Part shown: positions 46,445 through 56,795 of the stretch, piece after piece
How positions within the stretch are numbered: the stretch's first letter is position 1
Layout: each line of letters begins with the position of its first letter
Assembly (NCBI GenBank): GCA_043767845.1
Contig: JAYUFZ010000006.1
Coordinates: forward strand, 6,726 to 70,725
Source of the DNA: a bacterium
GTDB lineage: Bacteria > Patescibacteriota > Saccharimonadia > UBA4664 > JBBRNT01
Length of the DNA: 64,000 nt
Reading direction: 5' to 3'
Translations under genes and position numbers: made by a program
The notes under the pieces: generated by a model
The model's input: only the letters and a program-made list of their open reading frames with translations
Databases searched by the model: none
What the model was told of the DNA's origin: nothing

Positions 46445-47125
46445 GTGGCGGCTGGCACCAGCAGCGTGTTGAAGCCATTGAGGCGCTTGATAGGGCGTCT
46501 GTTTGGACCGGTGGTCGTCATCTGTCTTTTTTCAGGCATAGCGATGAGCGCCGTGGTCTTATTCATCTACGGCTCGGCCGTGTCGCACCAGTATCGATCG
46601 ATCGACAGTCTGCCGACACACCGCGTAGCCATACTGTTTGGCGCGCAGGTCCGCCCCGACCATAGTCTCTCGCCAATGTTAGCCGATCGGGTCGATGGGG
46701 GTATTGCGCTCTATCAAGCCGGCAAAGTAAAAAAGTTGTTAATGACTGGTGATAATAGCACGACGCACTACGATGAGGTCACCGCCATGAAGGATTATGC
46801 GGTTAGCAGGGGTATCCCCGGGGCGGACATTGGCCTAGACTATGCCGGTTTTAACACCTACGACAGTTGCTATCGTGCCAAGGCAATTTTCGGTCTGAGC
46901 GATGCGATTCTTGTGACCCAGGCCTACCATATGCCCCGGGCGCTCTACACCTGCCGCCATCTCGGTGTTAAAGCTGCCGGCTACGCCATTGAAGATTTTT
47001 CTAAGTACCCTAATCTGAGATATAGCTACACATTGCGCGAATGGTTAAGTGACCAAAAGACATGGTGGAATATCAACGTACTGCATCCCGGTCCAAAGTT
47101 TTTAGGCGACCCGGTCCATATCTAG
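46445..47125 (+). CDS. SanA/YdcF (DUF218) family membrane protein
   Basis: GTG start 1 nt after the upstream stop. N-terminal TM and a DUF218-type core (LLMTGDNSTTHYDEVTAMKDYA...). Confidence 0.6.
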   Translation: MAAGTSSVLKPLRRLIGRLFGPVVVICLFSGIAMSAVVLFIYGSAVSHQYRSIDSLPTHRVAILFGAQVRPDHSLSPMLADRVDGGIALYQAGKVKKLLMTGDNSTTHYDEVTAMKDYAVSRGIPGADIGLDYAGFNTYDSCYRAKAIFGLSDAILVTQAYHMPRALYTCRHLGVKAAGYAIEDFSKYPNLRYSYTLREWLSDQKTWWNINVLHPGPKFLGDPVHI

Positions 47126-47155
47126 GGCATCAAAACAAAAGCCACCGAAAGATGG

Positions 47156-47623
47156 CTAGCTGTACAACCGCTTAATGCAGTTGTCTGCTTGTTGTGACAG
47201 GGTGTTGTAGATGGCAAGGAAAGCGGGCAGGCATTCTGCGCGAGCCTTATCAAATACCTCTTTCTGGGAATTGCGCAACGCCAGGCGCAGTATACTGCGG
47301 TGAAGTGGGCTGTTGCTGGCGAAGGGTTGTGCCAGAAAGATTTGCCAACTGGCCTCGGTGAGCTGGTGATAGAGCGCCATGCGGTTGCTTGGAAAGAGTT
47401 CATCGACCATGACCAGCTTGTAGTAGAACTCGTGGAGCTGGTGGATCTTGCGGAGGGCACTTTGGGCTGAGCTTTCAGCGACCGTCGGTTCGTCCTCGGA
47501 GGTAACCCAGACTCCAGGACCACCTTCATCCCAGTCGGCGGCAACCGCCCGGTCAATATCTTCGTCAGTTGGCCGTGGTGGGCGCATGCGGGGTGTCATG
47601 TCGTCGTTAGGGTTTATTGGCAT
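47156..47623 (-). CDS. hypothetical protein
   Basis: Start placed at ATG 47623 (MPINPND...) because an AAGGAAAG RBS lies upstream. The ORF track extends to 47668. No family recognised. Confidence 0.45.
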   Translation of the reverse strand: MPINPNDDMTPRMRPPRPTDEDIDRAVAADWDEGGPGVWVTSEDEPTVAESSAQSALRKIHQLHEFYYKLVMVDELFPSNRMALYHQLTEASWQIFLAQPFASNSPLHRSILRLALRNSQKEVFDKARAECLPAFLAIYNTLSQQADNCIKRLYS

Positions 47624-47730
47624 GTACTTTCCTTCGGCTTGGCGAATCAGAACCAGGGGATGATACAATATTTAGCCCAAATTGTCGAGATCACTTGGCG
47701 TTTGGCCATCTGGACGTGTAAGATACAGGT

Positions 47731-48561
47731 ATGGATTTGACCAATATTAATGACTTGCGCGACGCCCTCAGGCTGGCTGGGTTGAAGCCAAAAAAGAGCT
47801 TGGGGCAGCATTTTTTGGTTGATCGGGCCAGTTTGGAGGCGGTGATTGATGCCGCCGAAGTAGGGGCGGGGGACACCGTTCTAGAAATAGGCCCCGGCTT
47901 GGGTGTCATGACCTTCCCGCTGCTTAAGCGGGCGGGCAAGCTAGTCGCGGTCGAAACTGATCATGATCTGGCCGAATTGTTGCGCCGCACAGAGGCGGGT
48001 AATCTAGAGGTCATAGAGTCGGACATCATGAATTTCGATCTACGCCAGATCAAAAGTGACTACAAAGTTGTCGCCAATATCCCTTACTATCTGACCTCGC
48101 CAATCTTCCGTCTTTTGCTTGAAGCTGCGCATAAGCCGACGGTCGTTTCGGTACTGATCCAGAAAGAGGTCGCCGAGCGAATCGTGGCCCGTCCCGGCAA
48201 GATGTCGATTTTGGCCTTGAGTATCCAGTATTACGCCAAAGCCGAGCTGGTGCGGGTCGTTGAAAGGCACAAGTTTTGGCCAGCCCCACAGGTTGACTCG
48301 GCTATTTTGCGCCTCGAGGTTTACCCGAAACCGCTCTTCCAGGCCGATGCCGACGCGTTATTTCGCCTCATCAAAGCCGGCTTTGGCGAGAAGCGCAAAC
48401 AACTAAAGAACTCTTTGTCCGGCGGACTCAATATTACTGCCGACGCCGTGACTGCTCTGCTCGCGGCCGCAGATATTTTGCCAACCGCTCGCGCCCAGGA
48501 ACTTGACCTGGCGGCCTGGGAACGCTTATATACAGCTGTCACTAAGGCCCGGTTCCTATGA
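47731..48561 (+). CDS. rsmA: 16S rRNA (adenine1518-N6/adenine1519-N6)-dimethyltransferase RsmA/KsgA
   Basis: LGQHFLVD N-terminal motif, SAM-binding LEIGPGLG and a NIPY-type motif. 276 aa. Confidence 0.9.
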   Translation: MDLTNINDLRDALRLAGLKPKKSLGQHFLVDRASLEAVIDAAEVGAGDTVLEIGPGLGVMTFPLLKRAGKLVAVETDHDLAELLRRTEAGNLEVIESDIMNFDLRQIKSDYKVVANIPYYLTSPIFRLLLEAAHKPTVVSVLIQKEVAERIVARPGKMSILALSIQYYAKAELVRVVERHKFWPAPQVDSAILRLEVYPKPLFQADADALFRLIKAGFGEKRKQLKNSLSGGLNITADAVTALLAAADILPTARAQELDLAAWERLYTAVTKARFL

Positions 48562-49379
48562 GGCGTTTTTTGTCGCGGCTTTTTTCATCGATCGCAACCT
48601 TGCTGATATCCAGCTTGATTATAGCCTGGATCATAAACGTGACCTTACTATCGAGCGCCTATCTCGTGTCGAGTGCCGACCATAGCGGCCTGTTCCGTGA
48701 GCTGTCCGCTCAGCTGCCAACCCTCATCTTCCCGGGCAAGACGGCCGATTCGTTGCGCTTGCAAGCTGAGTTGAGCCGCCAACTAAGCCCGGCGATTGTC
48801 CGTTCCGAATCGCAAACTTTTCTAGGTAGTCTCGAGTCCTATGTGCGCGAAGGCGGGAGTTTGCCAACCGCGCCCTTTGCTAAGACTATAAATTCGCTCG
48901 ACAGCGACAGGCTGCCGGATGCCGCCGCCGACCACCCGGTGGACAACCCCACGCTAATCTCCATCCACCGCTGGTATATGGTGGTCCACGAGTGGTTTAT
49001 TCGCCTGGTGTTGATCGCTCTCGCAGCAGCCCTTTTGGTCCTTGCTCTGCAGTCGAAGCGTTTGCTTTCGACTATCATCCGAATGGCGTTTACCATCCTC
49101 CTGAGCTTGGTTATTAGCTATGTTAGCTTCAAGGCGCTGCCGAGTCTGGTGGCCGATAGGATGCAGCTCGGGCCGGACCTGGCACCGACACTTCCTGTCC
49201 TCAAGGCTTGGTTGACGCAGGTAGTTGCCGGCATGAATAGTCTGGTAGTGAAGTCGGGCATTATTGTCCTGGCGGTAGCCGCAGCCTTGGCAGTTCTTTC
49301 GTTCGCTATGCAGCACAGCAAGCGCGGCGGTGAGATTAAGGGCTTAGACGACAAGGCTAGCCGAGCCAGCGATTTCTAG
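48558..49379 (+). CDS. hypothetical membrane protein
   Basis: 273 aa with TM helices at both ends. ATGA overlap with rsmA. Confidence 0.55.
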   Translation: MRRFLSRLFSSIATLLISSLIIAWIINVTLLSSAYLVSSADHSGLFRELSAQLPTLIFPGKTADSLRLQAELSRQLSPAIVRSESQTFLGSLESYVREGGSLPTAPFAKTINSLDSDRLPDAAADHPVDNPTLISIHRWYMVVHEWFIRLVLIALAAALLVLALQSKRLLSTIIRMAFTILLSLVISYVSFKALPSLVADRMQLGPDLAPTLPVLKAWLTQVVAGMNSLVVKSGIIVLAVAAALAVLSFAMQHSKRGGEIKGLDDKASRASDF

Positions 49380-49437
49380 CCCCCAGAACCCTCCCAGATC
49401 TGTTGTTTATCTGCAGCACAACCGCTATGATAGAAAG

Positions 49438-51351
49438 GTGCAAGCCACAAGAAAGATCCAAATATGTACCGGGATCACGCTATGGCTGATGGCTTTTGCT
49501 GTCAGCCTATTTCCGGTGGCGGTAGGCGCGGTCACCAACTTTACGTATGATACGACAGTTACCTATGCCGTAAGCAGCGACGGGACAACCAATGTTCACG
49601 AGCATTACAGTATCACCAATAATACTGCCCGTCAGTACCTTACTGAGCTTAAACTGCAGACCCCGGTCGAAACACTAAGCGATCTCAAAGTAAGCTACAG
49701 CGACGGTGGGGCTATCACTGCCACCACTGCCAAGCGGGCCACAGTTCGTGACGGCCTCAGCTACGACTATGCTGAAATCGATATTATGTTCCCGCGCCAG
49801 ACCTACGGTTCCGGTCGGGTGTGGGAGTTCGACCTAACCTATAGCGCCAAGGGGCTGGTCGATAGTCGGGGTGGCGGGCATACGGTCTTCATTCCATCGA
49901 TTGAGGCGGGGGATAGTGGTGATGCCTATAAAGTAACACTTGAGGTCCCTGAAAGCTTTGGTACGGCCCACTTCTCCGGTGCTAAGTCGGCCTCTGGCGG
50001 GTTGCTAGACGGCAAACAATTCTTCAATTTCGATAAAGCTGACCTGCTTGCCCACTCCCTGGCGCTGGTTTTTGGCGATAGCACTATCTACCGAGTGAAC
50101 ATGAATTACCCCCTGACCAACGACGGCCCGTTGGCCAAAACTTTTACCATTAGTCTACCGCCAGACCTGAATAACCAACACGCTGTCGTCACAAAACTCA
50201 CCCCAGAGCCACTCAATACTCGTCTTGATCCCGATGGCAACGTGCTGGCCGACTACCGCCTGAAAGCCGGTGAGCACCTGACAGTCAAGACCGATATCGA
50301 AAGCGAGGTCAAGTACCTGGAATACGACACCACAAAAAGCAAAAAACTGGCCAATATTCCAGCTGAGCTGGTCCGCCAGTACACTTCTAGCTCGCGTTTT
50401 TGGCAGACTGGTGGGGTAGTTGGTGAGGCCGCCAAAAAGCTCAATGACCCGAATGCGCCGGTTATCGACAATGTCAAAGCTATGTATCAATTCGTTGTCG
50501 ACCGCCTGACCTACAATAAAAATAAGATTCAATTCAACTATCGCCAAGGGGCCACTAAGGCGTTTACTAACCCGACTAATGTGGTTTGCTTGGAATATGC
50601 CGATTTGCTGATTGCCATGCTGCGCAGCCAGGGTATTCCGGCCCGCATGCCAATTGGCTATGCCTACAGCGGTGGGCTGAAGAACACCGACAGTGTGGCT
50701 GACTCGCTCCACGCCTGGGTCGAGGCCTATGTGCCAGGTGTCGGCTGGATGACACTTGACCCTACTTGGGGTAAAAAGTTCGACAACTTCGGTAAGTCTG
50801 ATATGGATCATGTGGCCTTTGCTGTTTGGGGCACTAGCGATGAGTTGCCCGGCGCTGTCATGGCCGGGGGGAGTGACACTGGCTACCAGTACGAATCAGC
50901 AGTGCTCGATTATACTACTAAGCTTAGCCTGCCTACCGGTTCGGCCAAGGTGAACTTCCAACGCTACCTGATACTCCCCTTCGTCAGCTACGACCGGGTG
51001 ACCACTGAGTCACTCCCGGGTGTGGCCAGTGATGGCAATGTCTTGCAACTCGAAGGCCGGACAGTCCAGCTTGGTTCGCTCGCGCCGTCGCAAAAAACCA
51101 AACAGGGATGGTTCAATGTTGGATTGCGTTGGAGTAATAAGGGTACGATCAAATTCGGGCGCACCAGTGCCGGAGGTTTGGGGGTTTTGGCTCAAGCCAG
51201 TGCCAAGGTTATCTACTGGCCATTGTTTGTTTTTCTCGGCTGCTTGGTATTTGCAGCCATCGCGGCCGCTGTGGTAAGATTACTGCCACGAAAAAACAAG
51301 CCTGGTCTCATAGCAAGCGATGACGACTTTGCCAAACGGAATGCCGCCTAA
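49438..51351 (+). CDS. transglutaminase-like cysteine protease superfamily protein, anchored at both termini
   Basis: N-terminal signal/TM, a core with a Cys...His...Asp arrangement (VVCLEYADLL ... LHAWVEAYVPGVGWMTLDPTWG), and a C-terminal TM (WPLFVFLGCLVFAAIAAAVV). Confidence 0.75.
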   Translation: MQATRKIQICTGITLWLMAFAVSLFPVAVGAVTNFTYDTTVTYAVSSDGTTNVHEHYSITNNTARQYLTELKLQTPVETLSDLKVSYSDGGAITATTAKRATVRDGLSYDYAEIDIMFPRQTYGSGRVWEFDLTYSAKGLVDSRGGGHTVFIPSIEAGDSGDAYKVTLEVPESFGTAHFSGAKSASGGLLDGKQFFNFDKADLLAHSLALVFGDSTIYRVNMNYPLTNDGPLAKTFTISLPPDLNNQHAVVTKLTPEPLNTRLDPDGNVLADYRLKAGEHLTVKTDIESEVKYLEYDTTKSKKLANIPAELVRQYTSSSRFWQTGGVVGEAAKKLNDPNAPVIDNVKAMYQFVVDRLTYNKNKIQFNYRQGATKAFTNPTNVVCLEYADLLIAMLRSQGIPARMPIGYAYSGGLKNTDSVADSLHAWVEAYVPGVGWMTLDPTWGKKFDNFGKSDMDHVAFAVWGTSDELPGAVMAGGSDTGYQYESAVLDYTTKLSLPTGSAKVNFQRYLILPFVSYDRVTTESLPGVASDGNVLQLEGRTVQLGSLAPSQKTKQGWFNVGLRWSNKGTIKFGRTSAGGLGVLAQASAKVIYWPLFVFLGCLVFAAIAAAVVRLLPRKNKPGLIASDDDFAKRNAA

Positions 51352-52796
51352 TGCCTAAATACTTTTTATCAACTTCAATTGCCTACGCCAATGCCAAACC
51401 ACACTTGGGTCACGCCCTGGAGGCGCTGCAGGCCGATGTTTTGGCACGTTTCCATAGGGGCCTGGGCGAGGACGTGTTCTTTGTGACCGGCACCGATGAG
51501 CACGGCGATAAGCTTCAGCGGGCGGCCACGGCCCAAGGCCTTGAGCCCCGAGCTTTGGTCGACAAGGTAAGTTTGGAGTTCACTGAGCTTTATTCGAGCC
51601 TAAATATTAGTTTTGATCGGTTCATCCGTACCACCGACGCCGACCACAAGAAGGCGGCTCAAAAACTCTGGAAAGCTTGCCAAAAAGATATCTATAAATC
51701 CAGCTACAGTGGGCTCTATTGTGTTGGCGAAGAGCGCTTTTTGACCGAGAAAGAGTTGGTAGATGGCAAGTGCCCCGATCACAACACTGTCCCCGAGAAA
51801 CTGACTATCGATAGCTACTTCTTCCGGCTCAGTAAGTACCAGGGACTCATCGAGCGCTTGATCGAAAGTGATGGACTCAAGATCTATCCCGAGTCGCGCA
51901 AGAATGAAATGCTACAGTTTGTGCGTGGCGGCCTGGAAGATGTCAGCATTTCTCGGTCTAAAGACCGATTAAACTGGGGTATCGATGTGCCTGATGACCC
52001 GACGCATGTCATGTACGTCTGGTTCGACGCCTTAGCCAACTATATTACCGCTGCTGGGTATGTCGCGGAAGGCGATAGTTTTGATAGCTGGTGGCCAGCC
52101 GATATGCATTGTATCGGCAAAGACATCCTGCGTTTTCATGCCGTGCTCTGGCCGGCGATGCTACTTTCGGCTGGTCTTGCGACCCCCAAAGCACTCAATG
52201 TCCATGGTTTTATCACTTCTGAAGGTCAGAAAATGAGCAAGAGCCTTGGCAATGTGGTTGACCCGGCGGAAATGATTAAGGCCTACCGGGCAGATGCTTT
52301 GCGCTATTATCTACTGCGTGAGATTCCGAGTGGCGCAGATGGTGACTTTTCTCAGCAACGCTTCGACACGCTCTACAACAGTGATTTAGCCAATGACTTG
52401 GGTAATCTCTTGCAGCGAACCAGTGTCATGGCTACCAAATATTTTGATGGTAAACTTGAGAATATTCCAGACACCATGCACGACGAAGCCGCCTACCGTG
52501 AGCATATTACCAACCTGCGTTTCGAGCGGGCTCTCGAAGAGGTCTGGCGGCTGGTGCGTTCAGTGAACCAGCTCATCGACACCGAGAAACCATGGGAACT
52601 GGCTAAGTCCGACCAAAAGCAACTGGCCTGGGTGATGGGGCAGATCATAGCTGACCTACGACAAGTCGGCCAGCTTCTTTTGCCATTTCTGCCCCAGACG
52701 GCTGGTGATATTATTCGCACCATTGGCGGCAACCAGGTCGACACGACAATCGGCATCATGTTCCCTAAGAGCTCCACAAGCGCAGAGAGCGTCTAG
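51351..52796 (+). CDS. metG: methionyl-tRNA synthetase (short form)
   Basis: Class I HLGH motif (PHLGHALE) and KMSKS (KMSKSLGNVV). 481 aa. Confidence 0.9.
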   Translation: MPKYFLSTSIAYANAKPHLGHALEALQADVLARFHRGLGEDVFFVTGTDEHGDKLQRAATAQGLEPRALVDKVSLEFTELYSSLNISFDRFIRTTDADHKKAAQKLWKACQKDIYKSSYSGLYCVGEERFLTEKELVDGKCPDHNTVPEKLTIDSYFFRLSKYQGLIERLIESDGLKIYPESRKNEMLQFVRGGLEDVSISRSKDRLNWGIDVPDDPTHVMYVWFDALANYITAAGYVAEGDSFDSWWPADMHCIGKDILRFHAVLWPAMLLSAGLATPKALNVHGFITSEGQKMSKSLGNVVDPAEMIKAYRADALRYYLLREIPSGADGDFSQQRFDTLYNSDLANDLGNLLQRTSVMATKYFDGKLENIPDTMHDEAAYREHITNLRFERALEEVWRLVRSVNQLIDTEKPWELAKSDQKQLAWVMGQIIADLRQVGQLLLPFLPQTAGDIIRTIGGNQVDTTIGIMFPKSSTSAESV

Positions 52797-53569
52797 TGGC
52801 TGCCCCTGACCTGTTCGATAGTCACGCGCACATCCACCACGCGCCACTCGCAAGTGAGATGGAGGCAGTTGTTGCCAGATCACGTGCTGCTGGTGTTAGC
52901 GGTATGCTGGTGGTCGGTTGCGACACCGAAGATAGCGCTAAGGCGATACAGGCTGCGGACATGTTTGAGGGCACCTGGGTCGGGGTCGGCTTTCATCCGC
53001 ACGAGGCCCATCGTGGCCCCGCAGCTTGGCAGGGATTGGCTAGCCTAGCAAGTGCCCCAAAAGTACGGGCAGTGGGCGAGTGTGGCCTCGACTACTACCG
53101 CAACCTCAGTGAAAAAGCCGATCAAGAAGCCGCTTTCAGGTTCCAAATCGAGCTTGCCCTGGATCACCACCTCCCGATGGTCTGGCATATTCGTGAGGCC
53201 TTCGATGATTTTTTTCGCATCATCGATGAATATCCGGGCGTAAGGGGAGTAGTTCATAGCTTTACCGACCACCGGGCCAATATGGAAAAGGCCGTCGAGC
53301 GCGGCTTCACTATCGCCCTCAACGGCATTATGACGTTCACCAAAGACGCTGGCCAACTCGAAGCTGCTCGCCACATCCCATTAGAAAAATTAATACTCGA
53401 AACCGACAGCCCCTACCTGGCCCCGGTACCCCTGCGCGGCAAGCCCAACGAGCCGGCCTATATAGCCCATACCGCGGCTTTTTTATCCAAACTGCGCCAA
53501 GAATCTATCGAAGATCTGGCTACACAGACCACCCGTAATAGCCGGTTGCTTTTTGGCCTCGACGACTAG
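52796..53569 (+). CDS. tatD: TatD-family metal-dependent hydrolase (DNase)
   Basis: LFDSHAHI N-terminus, VGECGLDYY and further TatD motifs. 257 aa. Confidence 0.85.
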   Translation: MAAPDLFDSHAHIHHAPLASEMEAVVARSRAAGVSGMLVVGCDTEDSAKAIQAADMFEGTWVGVGFHPHEAHRGPAAWQGLASLASAPKVRAVGECGLDYYRNLSEKADQEAAFRFQIELALDHHLPMVWHIREAFDDFFRIIDEYPGVRGVVHSFTDHRANMEKAVERGFTIALNGIMTFTKDAGQLEAARHIPLEKLILETDSPYLAPVPLRGKPNEPAYIAHTAAFLSKLRQESIEDLATQTTRNSRLLFGLDD

Positions 53570-53572
53570 CTA

Positions 53573-54709
53573 CTACTCGGCGATGAAGTAGTCGAAGCCG
53601 ATTTGCGGATTGGGGACAGAGACTGAGGCGCCAACGATTTTATTAGCAGTATACAGCTTGAAGCCAGCACTAGTCCTGGTGATGTAATACTGCATTTGTC
53701 CCGCTTCACGGCCGACGGGTGTCAGGTTAATGCGCGGGATTTTGCTGTAGCCAGCGCCAAAGGTAACAGTTGCAAGCAGCCCGCAAGTATTAGGGTCCAC
53801 CCCAACCACGGGAGTACAGGTAGCTCCAACTCCACTATCGTTGCCGGGGGTGATAACTATGGTACCGGTCGTATCATTGCCACTGACCGACGACGTACCT
53901 GAAGTCCCAAGCGTGTTTGTATTGTAGCTCAGGCTAGGGCCTGGGCCGCCTGAAATGTAGTGGCCGTTGATGGCCAGCGGTCCATTCAGCGTGGCATTCT
54001 TGAAGTTGATAGTATTGACGGTGAGGCTCCCAGCAATCGAAGCGTTGTTTAAGACATTGAGGCTACCGCCAACAGTCAAGGCGCTCGACATAGTGACCGC
54101 GCCTTGAATACTTACGGCGCCAGCGACAGCCAGCGTACTCTTGACGCTCGTGGCATTGAGCGTGGAATTGCCTGCCACATTCAGCTCCGAAAGGCTGGTA
54201 CTGCCAGCCGTCAGTCCAGCGAGGGTTGTGGCGCTCACGACATTCAGCTTGCCGCCAATACTGGCGTCTTTATCTACCTGAATTTTATTTTTAAATTGGG
54301 TGAACGGGGCAATGATTAGCGTCCCAAAACTCTCACCTATAGTAGCCGTCTTACTGTTGAGCTTATTAATTTCTTCGACACTCAGACTTTCAGGGTTATA
54401 GCCAGTTGGCGTGACGGCTTTCTGATTCCTGGACTTCAGGATGAAATAAATTGCCGCCACATTGGCCGCTATGATAAACAGCACAATAATAACGCCGAAT
54501 ATCGTCGCCCGAGCGCTCAAGTGGATTGTGCGTTTGGGCGTCAGCGGCTTGTTGGGCGTTAAATCATGAATATTATTTGGATCAGCCTTGCCAGAATCAG
54601 CTTCGGCGAGCTTGTCACTGGCACCAGAAAGCTCAACAGCGGCTGGAGTAGCAGTAGTTTGGGGAGCGCCGTTAGGCGATTGATTCTTTTCGGGCTTGTC
54701 GTCGGCCAT
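53573..54709 (-). CDS. membrane-anchored beta-helix-repeat protein (bactofilin/adhesin-head-like repeats)
   Basis: 378 aa with a charged N-terminus, one TM, then about 200 aa of roughly 17-residue repeats with the G-x-L-x-V / A-G-x-x-S-L pattern (...ASIGGKLNVVSATTLAGLTAGSTSLSELNVAGNSTLNATSV...). Confidence 0.6.
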   Translation of the reverse strand: MADDKPEKNQSPNGAPQTTATPAAVELSGASDKLAEADSGKADPNNIHDLTPNKPLTPKRTIHLSARATIFGVIIVLFIIAANVAAIYFILKSRNQKAVTPTGYNPESLSVEEINKLNSKTATIGESFGTLIIAPFTQFKNKIQVDKDASIGGKLNVVSATTLAGLTAGSTSLSELNVAGNSTLNATSVKSTLAVAGAVSIQGAVTMSSALTVGGSLNVLNNASIAGSLTVNTINFKNATLNGPLAINGHYISGGPGPSLSYNTNTLGTSGTSSVSGNDTTGTIVITPGNDSGVGATCTPVVGVDPNTCGLLATVTFGAGYSKIPRINLTPVGREAGQMQYYITRTSAGFKLYTANKIVGASVSVPNPQIGFDYFIAE

Positions 54710-54828
54710 AGCTCACAACTGTCTCATAATAACTCTTATAATACTGGTTATGCTAGGTGTGAGCAAGCGGAGGCTATACAAGCCGCGCGGTAGTTGCGGA
54801 TCGTAGACAGATAGGGCAGTATAAGCAT

Positions 54829-55554
54829 ATGCATGTTTACAGGCGTTTTTTTGTGTGGGTGCTAGTAGGTTGGCTCGCGGTGCCAGGCCTAGTTTGGGCT
54901 GACGATTTGAAAAGTACGAATTACCAAATCCAGGAGAGTTTTGTGGGCGGTGGTGGCCGTATCGATGAAAGTTCGACAAACTTTCACGCCGCCGAATCGA
55001 TCGGCGACGCAGCTGTAGGCGATTCTGCTTCCACAAACCTACAGACGAAGTCTAGCTATACGACCACAAGTGATCCAGCGCTGACCTTCATTGTAGACAA
55101 CGGCGGGACAGTAAATTTCGGAGCGCTATCACCAACAGTCATGACCTACGCCACTTCAACCTTTCGGGTCATCAACTACACCAGCTACGGGTATCAAATA
55201 ATTATTACTGGCACCACGCCAAGCAATGGGCCCCACAGTATACCAGCACTTTCCACGCTGACGTCGCCGTCGATTGGTACCGAGCAATACGGCATAAACC
55301 TGGTGGCCAACAGCGGTTTTGGCGCCAACCCGCTCCAGGTACCATCAAGTAGCTTTAGCTATGGTGTAGCCCAGGGCCCCGACTACAACGTCGCTGACCA
55401 GTATAAGTTTGTTAGCGGCGATACTATTGCCAGCGCCCCGAAAAGCTCAGGTGAGACCGACTACACCATTTCGCATATTATTAATGTCTCGGCCCTCACC
55501 CTCGGCGGCCTGTATAGCTCCGGCCACGAACTTATCTGCATCGGCACTTATTAG
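54829..55554 (+). CDS. secreted SCPU/Csu-pilin-like protein, short paralog (P0)
   Basis: Signal peptide FVWVLVGWLAVPGLVWA. LTFIVDNGGTVNFGALSPT strand/FG motif, QYGINLV motif, and a C-terminus ...GGLYSSGHELICIGTY homologous to the ICTATF ends of the four longer paralogs. Confidence 0.65.
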   Translation: MHVYRRFFVWVLVGWLAVPGLVWADDLKSTNYQIQESFVGGGGRIDESSTNFHAAESIGDAAVGDSASTNLQTKSSYTTTSDPALTFIVDNGGTVNFGALSPTVMTYATSTFRVINYTSYGYQIIITGTTPSNGPHSIPALSTLTSPSIGTEQYGINLVANSGFGANPLQVPSSSFSYGVAQGPDYNVADQYKFVSGDTIASAPKSSGETDYTISHIINVSALTLGGLYSSGHELICIGTY

Positions 55555-55733
55555 GGATAGGGCGCAAGAGCGATAAGCCCATGGTAAGTAGTTTGACAAT
55601 GTTGTATCAACTACCACGCATATTTGTATTAATTACAACGAATCGCTATCTGATTTTTACGAAATAGCTGTTGACTGCTTTATTCCGCTAATGCTAAGCT
55701 AGTAACAGTCTATATTTGTGAATTAAGGATTTT

Positions 55734-56795
55734 ATGGCGGGTCGTCTCTCAATTCAGGGAAACCGAATTATAACCTGGACCAGTGTTTGGATTATGGCAA
55801 TTTACCTCTTTGCCCCGCTCACTGCATCCGCTGCTCAATTTACTTCGCGTAAGATTACGCTTGGCAGCTCGGCATTCTCGGCGGTAACTACCCATAAGTT
55901 TGATTTTGTCGTGCCAGTGGGCGGCGGTGGGAGCGTTGGGTCGATCCAGTTTTTGTATTGCCTCGCGGCTTCTGGTTCCTGTGTCACTCCTACAGGGTTG
56001 TCGACAACAAGTGCCACAATTTCAGCCCAGAGCGGTGCGACTGGTTTTACTATGGTTAACACCACAAATGGCGCACCCTACCTTACGCGCGCTGCCAGTG
56101 CCATTTCAGCGTCTACAGTGCTCAGCTATACGCTCGGAGTTGTTACTAACCCGAATATAGCAAATGAAACTTTTTATATTCGCATAAGTTACTTTACTGC
56201 CACGAATGCCACTGGCTCAGCACTGGATACTGGTATCGTTGCAGCCAGTACCGCTGCGCAGATTGTCGTAACAGCCCATGTCGATGAAATACTCATCTTT
56301 TGCGTTTATACTGGCGCGAATTGCGCGGCCGGCGGCACCACGGTCACGCTGGGTACTGTGACGCCTACAGTCACGGGTGTAGGTATATCCTATATGGATG
56401 CTGGTACCAATGCCGGTAGTGGCTACAGTATCCAGTACACAGCTCCAACACTGACTTCCGGTGCTAATACCATTACGGCCATCGGCACAACAGCCACTAC
56501 TTCGGTGGTTGGGACCGCCCAATTCGGTATCAATGCCACAGGGCCGAATGCCACCCCTACCGTCACTGGTTCACAAACACCAAGCGGCATCGCCCCTATC
56601 GGTAGCGCGGCAACGAATTACAATACTGCCGACAATTATGCTTTTGTTGCCAGCACGCTGACTACCGTCGCGACCTCCTCGGGTGCAGCTAACACCACCA
56701 AATTCTCTGTGTCATATCTGGCCAATGTTAACTCGTCACAAGCTGCTGGGGATTACACCTCAACCTTCACTTATATTTGTACGGCTACATTCTAA
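55734..56795 (+). CDS. secreted SCPU/Csu-pilin-like two-domain protein, paralog P1 (type A)
   Basis: AAGGA RBS 4 nt upstream. Signal peptide, conserved mature N-terminus AAQFTSRKITLGSS, Cys pairs (C-x6-C and C-x6-C), the QFGINA motif, and C-terminus AAGDYTSTFTYICTATF. About 75% identical to P4. Confidence 0.7.
   Translation: MAGRLSIQGNRIITWTSVWIMAIYLFAPLTASAAQFTSRKITLGSSAFSAVTTHKFDFVVPVGGGGSVGSIQFLYCLAASGSCVTPTGLSTTSATISAQSGATGFTMVNTTNGAPYLTRAASAISASTVLSYTLGVVTNPNIANETFYIRISYFTATNATGSALDTGIVAASTAAQIVVTAHVDEILIFCVYTGANCAAGGTTVTLGTVTPTVTGVGISYMDAGTNAGSGYSIQYTAPTLTSGANTITAIGTTATTSVVGTAQFGINATGPNATPTVTGSQTPSGIAPIGSAATNYNTADNYAFVASTLTTVATSSGAANTTKFSVSYLANVNSSQAAGDYTSTFTYICTATF

Noticed and set aside
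45065-50811. Minus-strand ORFs 45065..45535 and 50155..50811.
   Set aside because: Antisense within the ABC exporter and transglutaminase-like genes. No supporting signals.
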